A stretch of DNA of 64,000 nt, taken from positions 44,516,001 through 44,580,000 of the forward strand of contig OX597833.1 of NCBI GenBank assembly GCA_951406725.2, given 5' to 3'. The translations under genes were made by a program, and so were the position numbers. Below the pieces are notes generated by a model. That model had not been told where the DNA came from. It saw only the letters and a list, made by a program, of their open reading frames with translations, and made no database searches. Source of the DNA: Octopus vulgaris (taxonomy: Eukaryota). Below, piece after piece: positions 39,243-53,979 of this stretch (its first letter is position 1; each line of letters starts with the position of its first letter).

Positions 39243-39640
39243 ACTCTTTACTCTTTTATTTGTTTCAGTCATTTGACTGCGGCCATGCTGGAGCACCGCC
39301 TTTAGTCGAGCAAATCGACCCCAGAACTTATTCTTTGTAAGCCTAGTACTTATTCTATCGGTCTCTTTTGCTGGACCGCTAAGTTACGGGGACGTAAACA
39401 CACCTGCATCGGTTGTCAAGCAATGCTAGGGGGACAAACACAGACACACAAACATACACACACACACATATATATACATATATACGACGGGCTTCTTTGA
39501 GTTTCCGTCTACCAAATCCACTCACAAGGCTTTAGTTGGCCCGAGGATATAGTAGACACTTGCCCAAAGTGCCACGCAGTGGGACTGAACCCGGAACCAT
39601 GTGGTTGGTAAGCAAACTACTTACCACACAGCCACTCCTT
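39243..39640 (-). mobile_element. SINE family B, inverted relative to 38180-38585
   Basis: Reverse-complement match. Confidence 0.9.
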
Positions 39641-39696
39641 CTCTGATTTATTTGATTCTTTTATTTATTTATTTATTTATTTATTTTTATTTATAG

Positions 39697-40017
39697 ATGT
39701 TTTGATTTCGAAAACGTTTCCACGTTATAATGTTGTAGTCGGAGTGACACCTAATATATCAATAACATGCAGGATTGTGATGAATAAATTTATTTACTTA
39801 AAAGTCCAACGAAACGGAGTCACAGTTGCGCATATAGAATATTCCTCAAGCGACGACAAATACAAAAAACGAGATGCTAAAAAAGGCTTCGACTGTAATT
39901 TACCTACTGGTAAGGAATTTTTTGTTACCTGTTGGAAATTAAAACCCACTTGCGAAGATGTAGGAACCTATACATGTAAAACTTCGAGGGGAATTTCGAA
40001 AAAGAAGACGCTAAGAG
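39697..40017 (+). CDS. IgSF gene 3 exon 2, Ig V-like domain
   Basis: Acceptor tatttatag, donor AGAG|gttggt, 321 nt, phase 1-1. ISITCR...KKGFDC...VTCWKLKPTCEDVGTYTCKT. Confidence 0.9.
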
Positions 40018-40349
40018 GTTGGTGTTAACCGGCTTTTTCACTTATTCAACTCCTGTCTGTCTTTGTGTGTGTGTGTGTGCGTGTGTGTGTATGCATGTTT
40101 GTGTGTATCTGTGTTACTGCGTATGTCTGTGTGTGTGCGCGCGTGCGCTTCTATACGTATATGTGTGTGCCTGTGTGTGCGCGTCTGTGTATAAATATGT
40201 AAATTAGAAGCAGCAGTACACAGGGTCCGGCATCAAGGACAATTCGAGTGATGTTAACCATTTTAGTTTCGTATGAAGATTGCAGATTATATTAATGAAA
40301 CCACCCAAATGTTCGAACATTTTGCTATATCAGATCATTTTCTTTTCAG

Positions 40350-40660
40350 CAAATTCTGAGCTACTGAAACTGTATATTGTCAAGACATATTATGAAAAAG
40401 ACAGGCGAGTAATACACTTGAAATGCATAGCAAAAGTCGGCGGACCATTTAAATCACATTCCATCTTTGTGTGGATTGTAACAAGAAATGGTAAAACACA
40501 TAATACCTTCATAGACGAGAAAATTCCACGTTCTTCGACTTGTTATTCTGAGGTATCATCTGAATATACGTTCTTTGCACCATTGAAAGACGTATATATC
40601 ACATATATCACCTGTAAAACAACATTTGGTACACTTACCAAACAAATCCAAGATGAGTAA
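40350..40660 (+). CDS. IgSF gene 3 exon 3, Ig C-like domain with stop
   Basis: Acceptor ttttcttttcag, phase 1. (A)NSELLKL...HLKCIAKVGGP...FVW...SSTCYSEV...YITCKTTFGTLTKQIQDE*. Confidence 0.88.
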
Positions 40661-41042
40661 ACATTTCGTAAGAAAAGGTAAATTATTTTTTATTTATTAC
40701 CCTGATTAGTTATTTCACCTTTTCTTCTAACTGATTATTTAGCCTAAGATCAGCCCCGATCTAAGAGGCCGATGATCGAAGGCGTTCTAGCCGTGACAAT
40801 CCTATCTGCTCTTTTCAGGAATAGAACAACTAGATTTATAATATCTAAAGTATCCAACTTTCATTTTAAGACAGGTTTTGCGATATGTACGAGATCTGGC
40901 TACTATTTCTAGCTTGTGAGAATGCCACATAGAGGTTTTCTTGTTTATATATGTCGATTACTGTTTACGGTGTCTCTATATCATTGTAAGCATTCGTCCT
41001 TTTCATACATGTTCTTGTGTGCAATCATATCTCTGTATGTAT

Positions 41043-41120
<78 letters not shown>

Positions 41121-41589
41121 ATTTGTGCGCATGAGTATGCAGTCATGTTTTTGTACATAGACATTTTTGCACACACACTTTGTTTCTGCATTTATATATG
41201 TGTGGGCGATTTGCATTTATATACGTGTATATGCACGCTTCGTTGTTGGAGGGTGCAAATGTGTGAGCAAACTTTGTTATAGATATATGCATGCATTCAT
41301 GTCTGTATATTTGCGGGGACATGCATATTTTTGTGTACGTTTACACACGCGTGTGTTTGCAACATATGTGTGCATGTGTATTTTCATGTATGTATATAAT
41401 TCTTTCCAAAAAATACACTCATACCCTCCAGCCAATTTAATATTAATAATATCATTAGGAATGATACTTTGTGCGCTTCCACACTCCGTTGTCAAAATGG
41501 TATCGTCAATGTCGAACCAACAAAAGAAAGTCAAATAGGTTGAAGATAAATTGTTTAACAAGGTGACCATTAGGAATTATGTATGATGT

Positions 41590-42950
41590 CCACAATTTCG
41601 TGAAGCTGGTTGCACAGAAGTCAATTTTTTTTTTATCTATACAATCAACTTAGATAAAGTTAATAAACAGGTTCTGGATACTGAAAGCTGAACGCATCTC
41701 TCTCAACATAGAGAATTTTTGAAGATCGAATTAGTCATCCAGTTAAGCGGGATTTGATGGGGGAAATTAATAACAGATGTTGAATCTTAACGGAAAGAAA
41801 TATTTGCAGTAGATCAGAAGTGTAGGTTCGCAAGAGGACAACAGAGAAAACATCGCTTACGATGTGTTTGTGGTGAGAATAATCGATTAACATTTTCTCG
41901 ATGCGGATCGCGAAGAATGCATTGTTCGTACTAATGATCGATCCCCGAAACACATGGAGTGAAAACAGTTTCATGGACAGGTGTTGTACAAATTCAGCTT
42001 GTGTCAAGGCTCCACTTGATATCTGACGGATTGCAACGAGCACGTCAAAAGGCTCCTGACAATGGTAGCGGTTTTTCAGCAACACTTCGCCTAAATGTTT
42101 TCAAGAAACAACGGATTGGAAATGGTAGAATTTGAACGTGGATCGTTGCTACAATGTATTGTAACTTCCGTTTGGTTGTCAAACTAAATTACCAGCAATT
42201 GGGATTGCGCTCATCCCATCAAGAATGCCATTTTCTCATTTTCTCTCCATGTTCTCACTCTTGAGGATATTACTCCGCAGTTACAGATATTGAAAGGCAT
42301 ATTGCTCAAACTATGACACAGAAGGAAGAACAGTGTCTGCTAATGCGGGCGGTACCCTCATAATGGTGTCAGAACCTTTCCGAAAGTGTGTGAGATGGTA
42401 ATATGAATACGCGTTATTGATGAGAAATCGGATGAGTATTGTTTCAAATTTTAGGGACTCTGGTTCGGTCTATATTTCCATGTTAATTGAAATTGAGATG
42501 AATTTGCGAGTATCTTAACCAGGCTCACTCAAATATAGATTGAGCAAAATCTGGTTTCAAAGATTAGGTGGTGGGGATTAATGTATTCTCGATTAACAGT
42601 TGACCTCGTCATAAGAACCCTCTGAGTGAATTGAACCAACACTTTGCTTCTTGACGAAGGAACAGGTTTCACAGTTCAAAAGATCCATCTACACAAAACA
42701 TCCAATTCAAGTGGAATCGTGGAGCGGTGTGACTGATGATGCGAAGGTACGTGAAAATACTTCACTGAGCTTTATTCTTAGGACAAGCGCAAATACACGT
42801 TTAGGAGTTTTGTATCATGAATATTGCCAGGCATTGACCGCGCTGTACTAACTGGGCAATGAGGTCGGTGAAACGTCAAATTTCACATTTAGAAGATTAG
42901 TGGAGGCCATAATTGATGGTGGAATAGAAACTATTCTAGGCATCTATGAG
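41590..42950 (+). repeat. Unidentified diverged repeat downstream of gene 3
   Basis: Homologous to 9960-11200 and, more distantly, to the blocks 3' of genes 1 and 2. Confidence 0.7.
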
Positions 42951-45097
42951 AAGCTGCTTAGTAATATAGCCTGCTATTTGTTAAGGCTCGGTATATTAAT
43001 GATATAATTCCGTTGCAGCTGCCGACAACCGAATTTTTCCGAGAAGGGTGCTCGATGACGATACCTTCCCCTCTACTTTGCACTCGTTTAATGACTGTGC
43101 CCGATATTTTATAGACTCGTTATCTTATTCTTTATTATTATTTCTTTATTGTTGTCGTTGTTCTCCCTTTGATTCAATGTAAACCATGGATATCGTATTT
43201 TTTTATAGTTCTTCCTTTTACTGTCCCTAATATATTTAGGTCCTAATGGCCAATAAAAAGAAATTATCTTTATTATCTTTATATTATCGTTATCATTAGC
43301 CATCATCGTCACCGACATAACAAAGGAATTTCTTAGAAGTTCTTCGGCTTACTAAAAATAAGCGAGATCTACCACGAATCATACATCCATATTTTATAAT
43401 ACAGTTCTAGGCATACAAAAAGACGGTATAGTTTGGCTGAACTGCCTTTGGTCATTGGTCTACGTTATCGTAGCAGACAGAGGACCAAACAACTGCATTG
43501 AAGTGTTATTTGTTAAAAGAGACCGATAGAATAAGTACTGGGCTTACAAAGAATAAGTCCCGGGATCGATTTGCTCGACTAAAAGGCGGTTCTCCAGCAT
43601 GGCCGCAGTCAAATGACTGAAACAAGTAAAAGAGTAAAAAGAGTAAAGAGTATATGTCTAGTAGACCTCGCATATTTTGGCGGATGCTATCTGAAAGTAC
43701 TTGATTGTATTGGAAAGTAAAAAAATACTATTGTTTCCTTCAACCCTTGCTTTTGTAACCTGAATAGTAATATCTTGAACAGTAACTATTTCATATGAAA
43801 ATGAGAAAATGAATACCTTTTCATTCACGTAATGTCAGAAAAAAAAGCATAAATCAAGTTTGACACGTGTTTATACTTAGGTTATAAAACGATTAACACA
43901 AAAGTTTAGAATTGAGTAGATTCTTTTTGGCGATTTCTGATCGTAATATATATTTTCATGTGTCTGTTGTCAAATATAGCCTCCTATCATATTTTATTAT
44001 ATGCTTCATCCTTCCGACGTATACTTTGATGAACGCACTCACCTAGCATTGTGTCCTCCCTGTAGTTATCAAGGATATCTTGATATCATGCAATCTATTT
44101 TGCTGTAGTGCGCCATCAGTTTCCAACAAACCCACTTAAATATCTCTCTTGAGATTGCATAGGAAGTTGAATCAGCAAGTTGTTTCTTCCTTCCTGTTGA
44201 GCTTCTTTGGGGATATTTTTTATTTATATTTAGTCAAATAAAGGATCTTTATCTGTGCTCCAACAAAAGATTAATACTTTGATCTTTGTCTCAGACATCT
44301 TAAAGAAGATGACCTGAAGGCACTGAAAGGGCGCAGATACCTTATTAAGAGCCGTAACTAATTGTTTCATAGGATCCAATATTCTGTGGAATGGTGAGAA
44401 CATGGTCTTCCAGAAGGTCTCTCAATTCATCATACCTGATGTTGTTCTCCGCAGATAATTCGATCTATTGTGGCTATAACCACTTTAAATAGTACGACTG
44501 ATGCTCCTACTATCCCAAAGACAAAGATTAATAAATCCACCAGGGAAATCGATCAGGAATGCCATTCTGAAGTCTCCGACAACTTCCCATGCGTCTTCAG
44601 CGACATTTCTTCTGCTATGTGATAACACACTTTCATCTAACCAGTTCAGTTATTTCAGCCAAGACGTCAAAAATTCGGCATTGGGCTTTGTGTAGTTAAG
44701 ATCTCTGACAAAGTCGTGGGTCGCGGGGATTTGATGGATTTTTGGTTGAAGTAGTATGGTTTTCACTCCTTAGCAGCAAATTTGAAATTGCAATTTATTT
44801 CTACAATGTCTTCTTGCTTTACCATGCTGCTTTCTCCGACACTGTGGGCACAAGAAGCTCAGGTCGATATGACTCCGATTCGATGAGTGATATAATGTCC
44901 GTTTATGTCACAACTGAAGCATTCGTGCTTGGGTAGTCAGACAAATCCAGAATAGCAAAATTCCTGGCTCTTCTCGTCCGTTCTGTACCATCCTGCGAAG
45001 AAGTAAAGTAGAATTGCCATTAAGAAATTTATTCTACTCATCGCGAATGTGAAACATATTTCATATCTGATATATTTTTCTATAGTATTGGAAATCT

Positions 45098-45304
45098 CTT
45101 TTTACTCTTTTTACTTGTTTCAGTCATTTGACTGCGGCCATGCTGGAGCACCGCCTTTTAATCGAGCAAATCGTCCCCGGGACTTATTCTTTGTAAGCCC
45201 AGTACTTATTGTATCGGTCTCTTTTGCTGAACCGCTAAGTGACGGGGACGTACACACAAGCATCGGTTGTCAAGCAATGCTAGGGGACAAACGCAGACAC
45301 ACAA

Positions 45305-45351
<47 letters not shown>

Positions 45352-45515
45352 TACAACAGGCTTCTTTCAGTTTCCGTCTACCAAATTCACTCAAAAGGCA
45401 TTGGTCGGCCCGGGGCTATAGCAAAAGACACTTGCCCAAGATGCCACGCAGTGGACTGAACCCGGAACCATGTGGTTGGTTAGCAAGCTACTTACCACAC
45501 AGCCACTCCTGCGCC
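45098..45515 (-). mobile_element. SINE family B
   Basis: Full-length reverse match. Confidence 0.9.
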
Positions 45516-45683
45516 TATGAGAACATTTTTTAATTTTATATTTAAAATTATTATAGAATTTTTATAACTCCCACTCTTGATGCAGGAAGAAGTTATACAT
45601 CTCACCTTCGATATTTCTTTTGCAGTGCTTGCGGGGGACATAAGAAATAAAAAGACTAGAGTTTGTCTTGATTCCCGACATAT

Positions 45684-45855
45684 AGGCGCAGGAGTGGCTA
45701 TGTGGTAAGTAGCTTGCTTACCAACCACATGGTTCCGGGTTCAGTCCCACTGCGTGGCATCTTGGACAAGTGTCTTCTGCTATAGCCCCGGGCCGACCAA
45801 TTCCTTGTGAGTGGATTTGGTAGACGGAAACTGAAAGAAGCCTGTCGTATATATG

Positions 45856-45888
<33 letters not shown>

Positions 45889-46107
45889 TTGTGTGTGTGT
45901 GTGTTTGTCCCCCTAGCATTGCTTGACAACCGATGCAGGTGTGTTTACGTCCCCATCACTTAGCGGTTCGGCAAAAGAGACCGATAGAATAAGTACTGGG
46001 CTTACAAAGAATAAGTCCCGGGGTCGATTTGCTCGACTAAAGGCGATGCTCCAGCATGGCCGCAGTCAAATGACTGAAACAAGTAAAAGAGTAAAAAGAG
46101 TAAAGAG
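45684..46107 (+). mobile_element. SINE family B, head-to-head with 45098-45515
   Basis: Full-length match. Confidence 0.9.
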
Positions 46108-46609
46108 TATGTGTCTTGTAGACCTCGCATATTTTGGCGGATGCTATCTGAAAGTACTTTTTCACTCTGTTTTGATTATATTTACCAAAGAAGTGTACTT
46201 GATGTCATCGCTTTTAAATTCAGCTAGTCTCTACCACTTAGGCAGCTAGAACTAAACTGATCTTGTGAGCTCAGGACTGTTGGATTTATATCACGATCTC
46301 TATTATTGGAAAGTAATAAAAAAAATCACGAAAGTTCTTGAAAGTTCTAGGAAATTCTAGAGAGTGTTGCAAGTTCTTGAAAATTCTCTATTAGCTACTC
46401 AGCATCGAAACTACCTGGAATGTTCTGGGAAATAGGTAAATTTCGAAATATCGTTATTTAGAAAACAAAAGCAAACTTTGAAGGCAATAACAACCATCTC
46501 TTGTAAATTTTTAGACACATGCAATAAAAAAATAACACTTACTCTCCTGAATAATAAACAAAAAAAATTAAAATATTGTTACAAAATGAAATTCACCATC
46601 TCTCACTAC

Positions 46610-47817
<1,208 letters not shown>

Positions 47818-47960
47818 TCAATAATAATAAAGGTAAAATTAATTAATTAGTGCTTAATAATTTTACCAACCAGTGTTCAGTGTGTAATGACCATTTACGG
47901 TATATTTAACATTACTTTGTATAATTAGGGTGCACCCTAGTTATACAAAGTAATGTTATG

Positions 47961-48013
<53 letters not shown>

Positions 48014-48502
48014 ATCTGTATATGTATGTATGTGTATGTGTGTATGTATATATATGTATATATCTATGTGTATGTGTATCTAGGTGCTGATCTCTATATC
48101 TGTATACATTTGTATGTGTACATGTATGTATGTATATGTGTGTATATGTACTTATATGTATATATTTTGTATGTGTATGGGTATGTGAATCTATATGAAT
48201 ATGTACATGAATGTCTATAGAAGTCTCTATATAAATATGTATGCATATGTGTGTCCATGATTACTACAACACTCTCTTTATCGGCTTCTTTTATAATTAT
48301 ACTGTCATCCTCCTTGAGTTTATTAATGATTTCTCTTTATTCTCGTTGCGTATTTGTTTCAAATTTTTGAGATGGGAGTAAATTGTAGGGATGTTATCCA
48401 GAGTTTGATTTGAAGTATTCATTGATCATTATTTTTTTATCCATCCAGCAGTTCTTCAGTGACGCGAAGTTTTCTGCAAAATTCCTGGGTGTGTGTATAC
48501 AT

Positions 48503-48601
<99 letters not shown>

Positions 48602-48691
48602 TAGATATATTATGGGTATACGTATATATGTATGACTGTAAATGTCTAATATTGAGAATTTTTTTTCAGGCAGTATTGTATGGCTATTATT

Positions 48692-48922
48692 AGGCGGTGA
48701 GCTGGCAGACACGTTAGCACGCTGGGCGAAATGCGTAGCCGTATTCCGTCTGTCGTTACGTTCCGAGTTCAAATTCCGCCGAGGTCGACTTTGCCTTTCA
48801 TCCTTTCGGGGTCAATAAATAAAGTACCGGTTACGCACAGGGGTCGATGTAATCGTCTTAATCCGTTTCTCTGTCATTGTTTGTCCCCTCTGTGTTTAGC
48901 CCCTTGTGGGTAGTAAAGAAAT
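48692..48922 (+). mobile_element. SINE family A
   Basis: Family A match. Confidence 0.85.
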
Positions 48923-49206
48923 ATATTATTCCGTATTCGTATGTTTGTATGTATAAACCTATGTATCTATAAAACTATCTTCTTTAATTGAGCCTAGTTT
49001 TCCCCTGTGTATACTGGCAGCTCTTACTTTTTTGCAGGTTTCTGGTTGACAAATCTCTTCAGCGAAACAAAGAAGCTACAGTTAACTTTTTGCAGTTACT
49101 ATACATTTGGTTCAACGTTGTTTATTGAATTCTTTCTCCAGCAGTTATTGTTTGTTGTCTTTTTTCGATATATAGAACACAATCATATATAGACAGACAG
49201 GCAGAC

Positions 49207-49269
<63 letters not shown>

Positions 49270-49736
49270 AAAAAATGGAGTTAACGCAGGTTTAAACAAG
49301 TATTTTTACTTTCTACATATGTTTCAAAAATTCCACTGATACTTATTCAAATGAATAAAAGGTATAAACAATGCAATCTTCTCTTCGGGAAAGTGAAAAA
49401 ACGAAACTTGTCAATACGACATTTTAGCAAAAAATGATGGATTCGTATAGCGATAGACAGAACGCTATTAATATTGTTTAAAAAAACGTTATATGATATA
49501 ACGTCATAAGTAGCTAACAGAAAGAGTAGGGATATTAATAGTGAATGTTAAATATAAAGGAAATTATATATAACGGAAACATGAAACTCAAAGTCACAGT
49601 TTTTACTGATGTTTTTGCAGCCTTAATAAAAAAGCATATTACTCTACCTTTGGTTTTCGAGTACTATTTCTACCACCTTGTTTTGCATTTACGTGCTTAC
49701 TCGCATGTGTTTGTGTGTGTGTGTGTGTGTGTTTGT

Positions 49737-49779
<43 letters not shown>

Positions 49780-49794
49780 TGTCTTTATGTACAC

Positions 49795-50241
<447 letters not shown>

Positions 50242-50645
50242 TCAACCAATATAATTTCGGTGTCACTGTCAACGATATTCTTGTAAAAGAATAATTAATT
50301 TGCACTCTACCAAAAGTATTGAGTAATCCTTAAGCTTAATGTAAAATTGTTTCATTATAACGAAAGACGAATATTAAGATATATACATATATATGTGTGT
50401 TTGTGTACATGTGTATATGTATAAGCTATCAATTAAGACGGCGAGCTGTCAGAGTCGTTACTGTCCCAGACAAAATGCAAGCGGCACTTCTTCCGACTTT
50501 ACTTTCTAAGTACAAATACTGTCAAGGTTGATTTTGCCCTTCAGCCTTTCGGGATCGATAAAATGAATACCAGTTGACTACTGGGGGTCAAACAGATTGA
50601 TTTGACCTCTTCTTCATATTGCTGGCCTTGTGCCAAAATTTGAAA

Positions 50646-50960
<315 letters not shown>

Positions 50961-51059
50961 TAATATTTTTTACTGTATCCCAGTTATTTTACGCTAGGCC
51001 ACTTGGTGTTCTAAATTGATGTTATTAATTAATATTCAATTTTTTTCACCCTTATTGTG

Positions 51060-51176
<117 letters not shown>

Positions 51177-51430
51177 TATGAGGGGTTTAGTTCACTGGTG
51201 ATCTAAACGAATAGCTACGCTGAGAAAGTACTATAATTGGTCATCGTTAGGTTTCAAGTTCACAGCTGAAACTTGAACGAGGGATCCAGGGATCCGTATT
51301 AGGGATGTTTTATTGTATTTGTTTAAGTATATAATAGTTTCATGCAATAGTGAAGTATATTTAATTATATGATGACTTCAAGATATTTATAGTAAGCTTA
51401 AGAAAAAATACCTAAATAAATATAGTTCTA

Positions 51431-51749
51431 TTAAAGCATACCAATATTAGATAGTATGGCAGAAAACGCTATCAGAAACACTTCGGCATATTGAACCATA
51501 TGCCAATTGCTCGCCGGACGTTTGCCGTAACAATAACACACAAGTTGTTGTCGTAACTGGCGATTTTAATTGTTTTGCATTTACTAATCTGGTTGTTAGT
51601 CTAGGTGACGGTAATTTTGGTGTTCCTGTTGTCTCTGTCGTCGTCTTCGTTGTTGAAGAAGAAGAAGAGGCTGTAAGTGTGGCATATTGTCTTTGTTGTT
51701 CAGGGTGTTGTGTAAGTAATCATTGCCACTATTTCGTCATTCTGAGGTA
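51431..51749 (-). pseudogene. Candidate degraded terminal exon: Ser/Thr-rich stalk plus hydrophobic (GPI-like) tail
   Basis: Acceptor tccttctttag. ATLTASSSSSTTKTTTETTGTPKLPSP...VTTTT then, in another frame, ...AEVFLIAFSAILSNIGML*. Needs two frameshifts. Confidence 0.4.
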
Positions 51750-52124
51750 CTAAAGAAGGATTTCATATCATACATACATGCTTACATGCATATTCATTTA
51801 TATATTTATTTATATATGTATATAAGGCGGTGCTCCAGCATGACCGTCGTCAAATGACTGCAACGTGTAAAAGAACAAGAGAATATACGTACACACATAT
51901 ATCATTATATATTTATATATAGGTCTGATGATGCAAACAGGAAAAACAGAACTCAAAAGATGAGTATATATATTATTGTCTTTATTGATATTTAGCAGAA
52001 GCAACAGAGTGACTCAAGGACCGAGAGCTTCGTGCGTTAACACCTATCAAACTTTTGATAAGTACTAAAGCACGCTATTCCCGGTTCTTAAGCCAGTCTG
52101 TTTCTTATGCTAAATAGTAATCCC

Positions 52125-52547
52125 GGATCTTTTCGGTTTGAACGGCAGTTTTTAACATAATTTCTAGGTAACTAAAAAATTTTAAACTTCGTATACTGGT
52201 AGAATGTGTTTATAAAACATCTTTTTCTTTTGGCTTTATTGAGAAAAGTCTATAGTTTGTAAGATATTTGTTGTGTTTTTTCTTCAATTTCTGCAATTTC
52301 AACCAATCGATGACGTCCATTGAGTTAAAAAGCATTCTGTTCCGTATGAATATGTCCCCCGTTTAAGAAACAGATTGGGTTTATTTACATTTGTGAAGAA
52401 AAAAAAGACACCCTTCCCCCACTCCTAACCCTAACCCTAACCCTAAAAGAAATTGAAATGCAATAGATCGATTCTAGGGTCATAATTATGGGGGACAATT
52501 TCATATGACACCGCTAGAAAAAACTGCCGTTCAAACCGAAAAGATCC
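52125..52547. mobile_element. GG-terminated MITE with internal (CCCTAA)n
   Basis: TIR ggatcttttcggtttgaacggcagttt / aaactgccgttcaaaccgaaaagatcc; degenerate 8-bp TSD gtaatccc/ttagtccc. Confidence 0.85.
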
Positions 52548-52859
52548 TTAGTCCCTTCTAAACATTGATAAAACAAACAAATTGCAGTAAAGCCGCGTGA
52601 TAGTGGTGTCAGACGTGGCATTCAGATCATCATATAACTGTTTTATTCTTCTCTTTCGTTTTATTTTGACATGCGCATTGCGTTTTTCTGCTCTTTCATT
52701 TTTTCGAATTCAGTGTGCACATGCGCATTGCGTGTTCATACTTCTCCTTCTAGTTCCTACTCAAAACTGTTTACAGATCAGAACCATCTCACGACACTGC
52801 GTTCGTGAGGAGCGCTTCGCGCGCCGACGGTTGCAGAAAGAATTATGTAAATGTGTGTG

Positions 52860-52932
<73 letters not shown>

Positions 52933-53005
52933 AGTGATACGATAAAATCTGTTTTAACACACATGTTCACATCAAGAATCTTGCAGATCAAATGCAAAAA
53001 CGAAA

Positions 53006-53396
53006 TCTATATATATAAAGCTGAAGTTGTCTGTGTGTGGCTGGTTTGGTAGCCTTCAACTAACACTTATCTCCTCCGAGACCCTGTGGGGCAAGTTGAC
53101 CAAAATTGAGAGTATGATAGAAGAAGGCTTACTCTTCATTCCGTAGAAAATAAAATTGAAATCAGACCATGTTAGACCAACAATTATTTACATCAAAAAG
53201 GTGCCTTTTTTCTATGAAAATCCCTATTTTTTTACGATTTTTTGACTGCTGTGTCGCCATTTTTCGGTGCATTTCAACCAGAAAAATGTTCACTTAAAGA
53301 GAATAACAAGCTACATAATGCAAAATTTTTACTTTTAAAAAATTCCAATTCTAAAAGGTCGAAACAAACCCGAGCAACGCCGGGTGATACTGCTAG
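53006..53396 (+). mobile_element. Non-autonomous Helitron
   Basis: A|TCtatatatataaag ... cccgagcaacgccggg ... CTAG|T. Confidence 0.85.
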
Positions 53397-53416
53397 TATA
53401 AATATATATGTATGTA

Positions 53417-53978
53417 CTAGCTTAAAAGTCGCCCAATCGGGCGGCCTTTAAGCTAGTATATAGCTTTTAATCAACTGACCTCGAATAGGAAGATCTGCAA
53501 ACAGATCTCTGACTTGTTTTGGAGAATTTCTTGCAATTGCTTCTTTCAGAGTCATATCCCAATCATGATCATATTCGCCGCAAAAACAAATCATGTACAA
53601 AAAATCGCTGAAAACAATCGCAGCAAGGAAAACACACGAATTCAAAATTTCAGGATTGCAGGTCCGGATTCGGCCCGGAATGTTTTTAATTTACTCTCAG
53701 GGTTGGTATTGAGATTATAAAAATTGTTATCGTACAAAAAAAATTTGTCGCAAAGAGTCACGTAAAAAAATTGCCGAAAACAATCACAGTAATGAAAACT
53801 TAGGAATCCAAAATTTCAGGATTGTGGATCTGGATTCGATGCGGTGCGGAATGTTTTTAATTTACGGAGTCAGCCTGATACGAAAATGCTATGATATTTT
53901 GGGCTACGGCCTCTAGGAGTGAAGCTGAAAAAGTATGACACACTGACACACTGTCAGTCACATTTATTATATTATATT
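53417..53978 (-). mobile_element. Helitron-like element, tail-to-tail with the previous one
   Basis: Minus-strand 3' hairpin gccgcccgattgggcg then CTAG; contains residual RepHel-like EAIARNSPKQVRDLFA. Confidence 0.55.
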
Positions 53979-53979
53979 A

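Larger units (their letters stand above)
43700..46480 (-). mobile_element. Degraded Chapaev3-like (CMC superfamily) DNA transposon, interrupted by two SINEs
   Basis: Fragments RVKKYFQIASAKICEVYKT, VGNQDK, GWYR..RARNFAI, DFVRDLNYTKPNAEFLTSWLK, WEVVGDFRM...LCLWDSR and MKQLVTALNKVSAPFQCLQ match the Chapaev3-type transposase as recalled; many stops and frameshifts. Confidence 0.7.
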
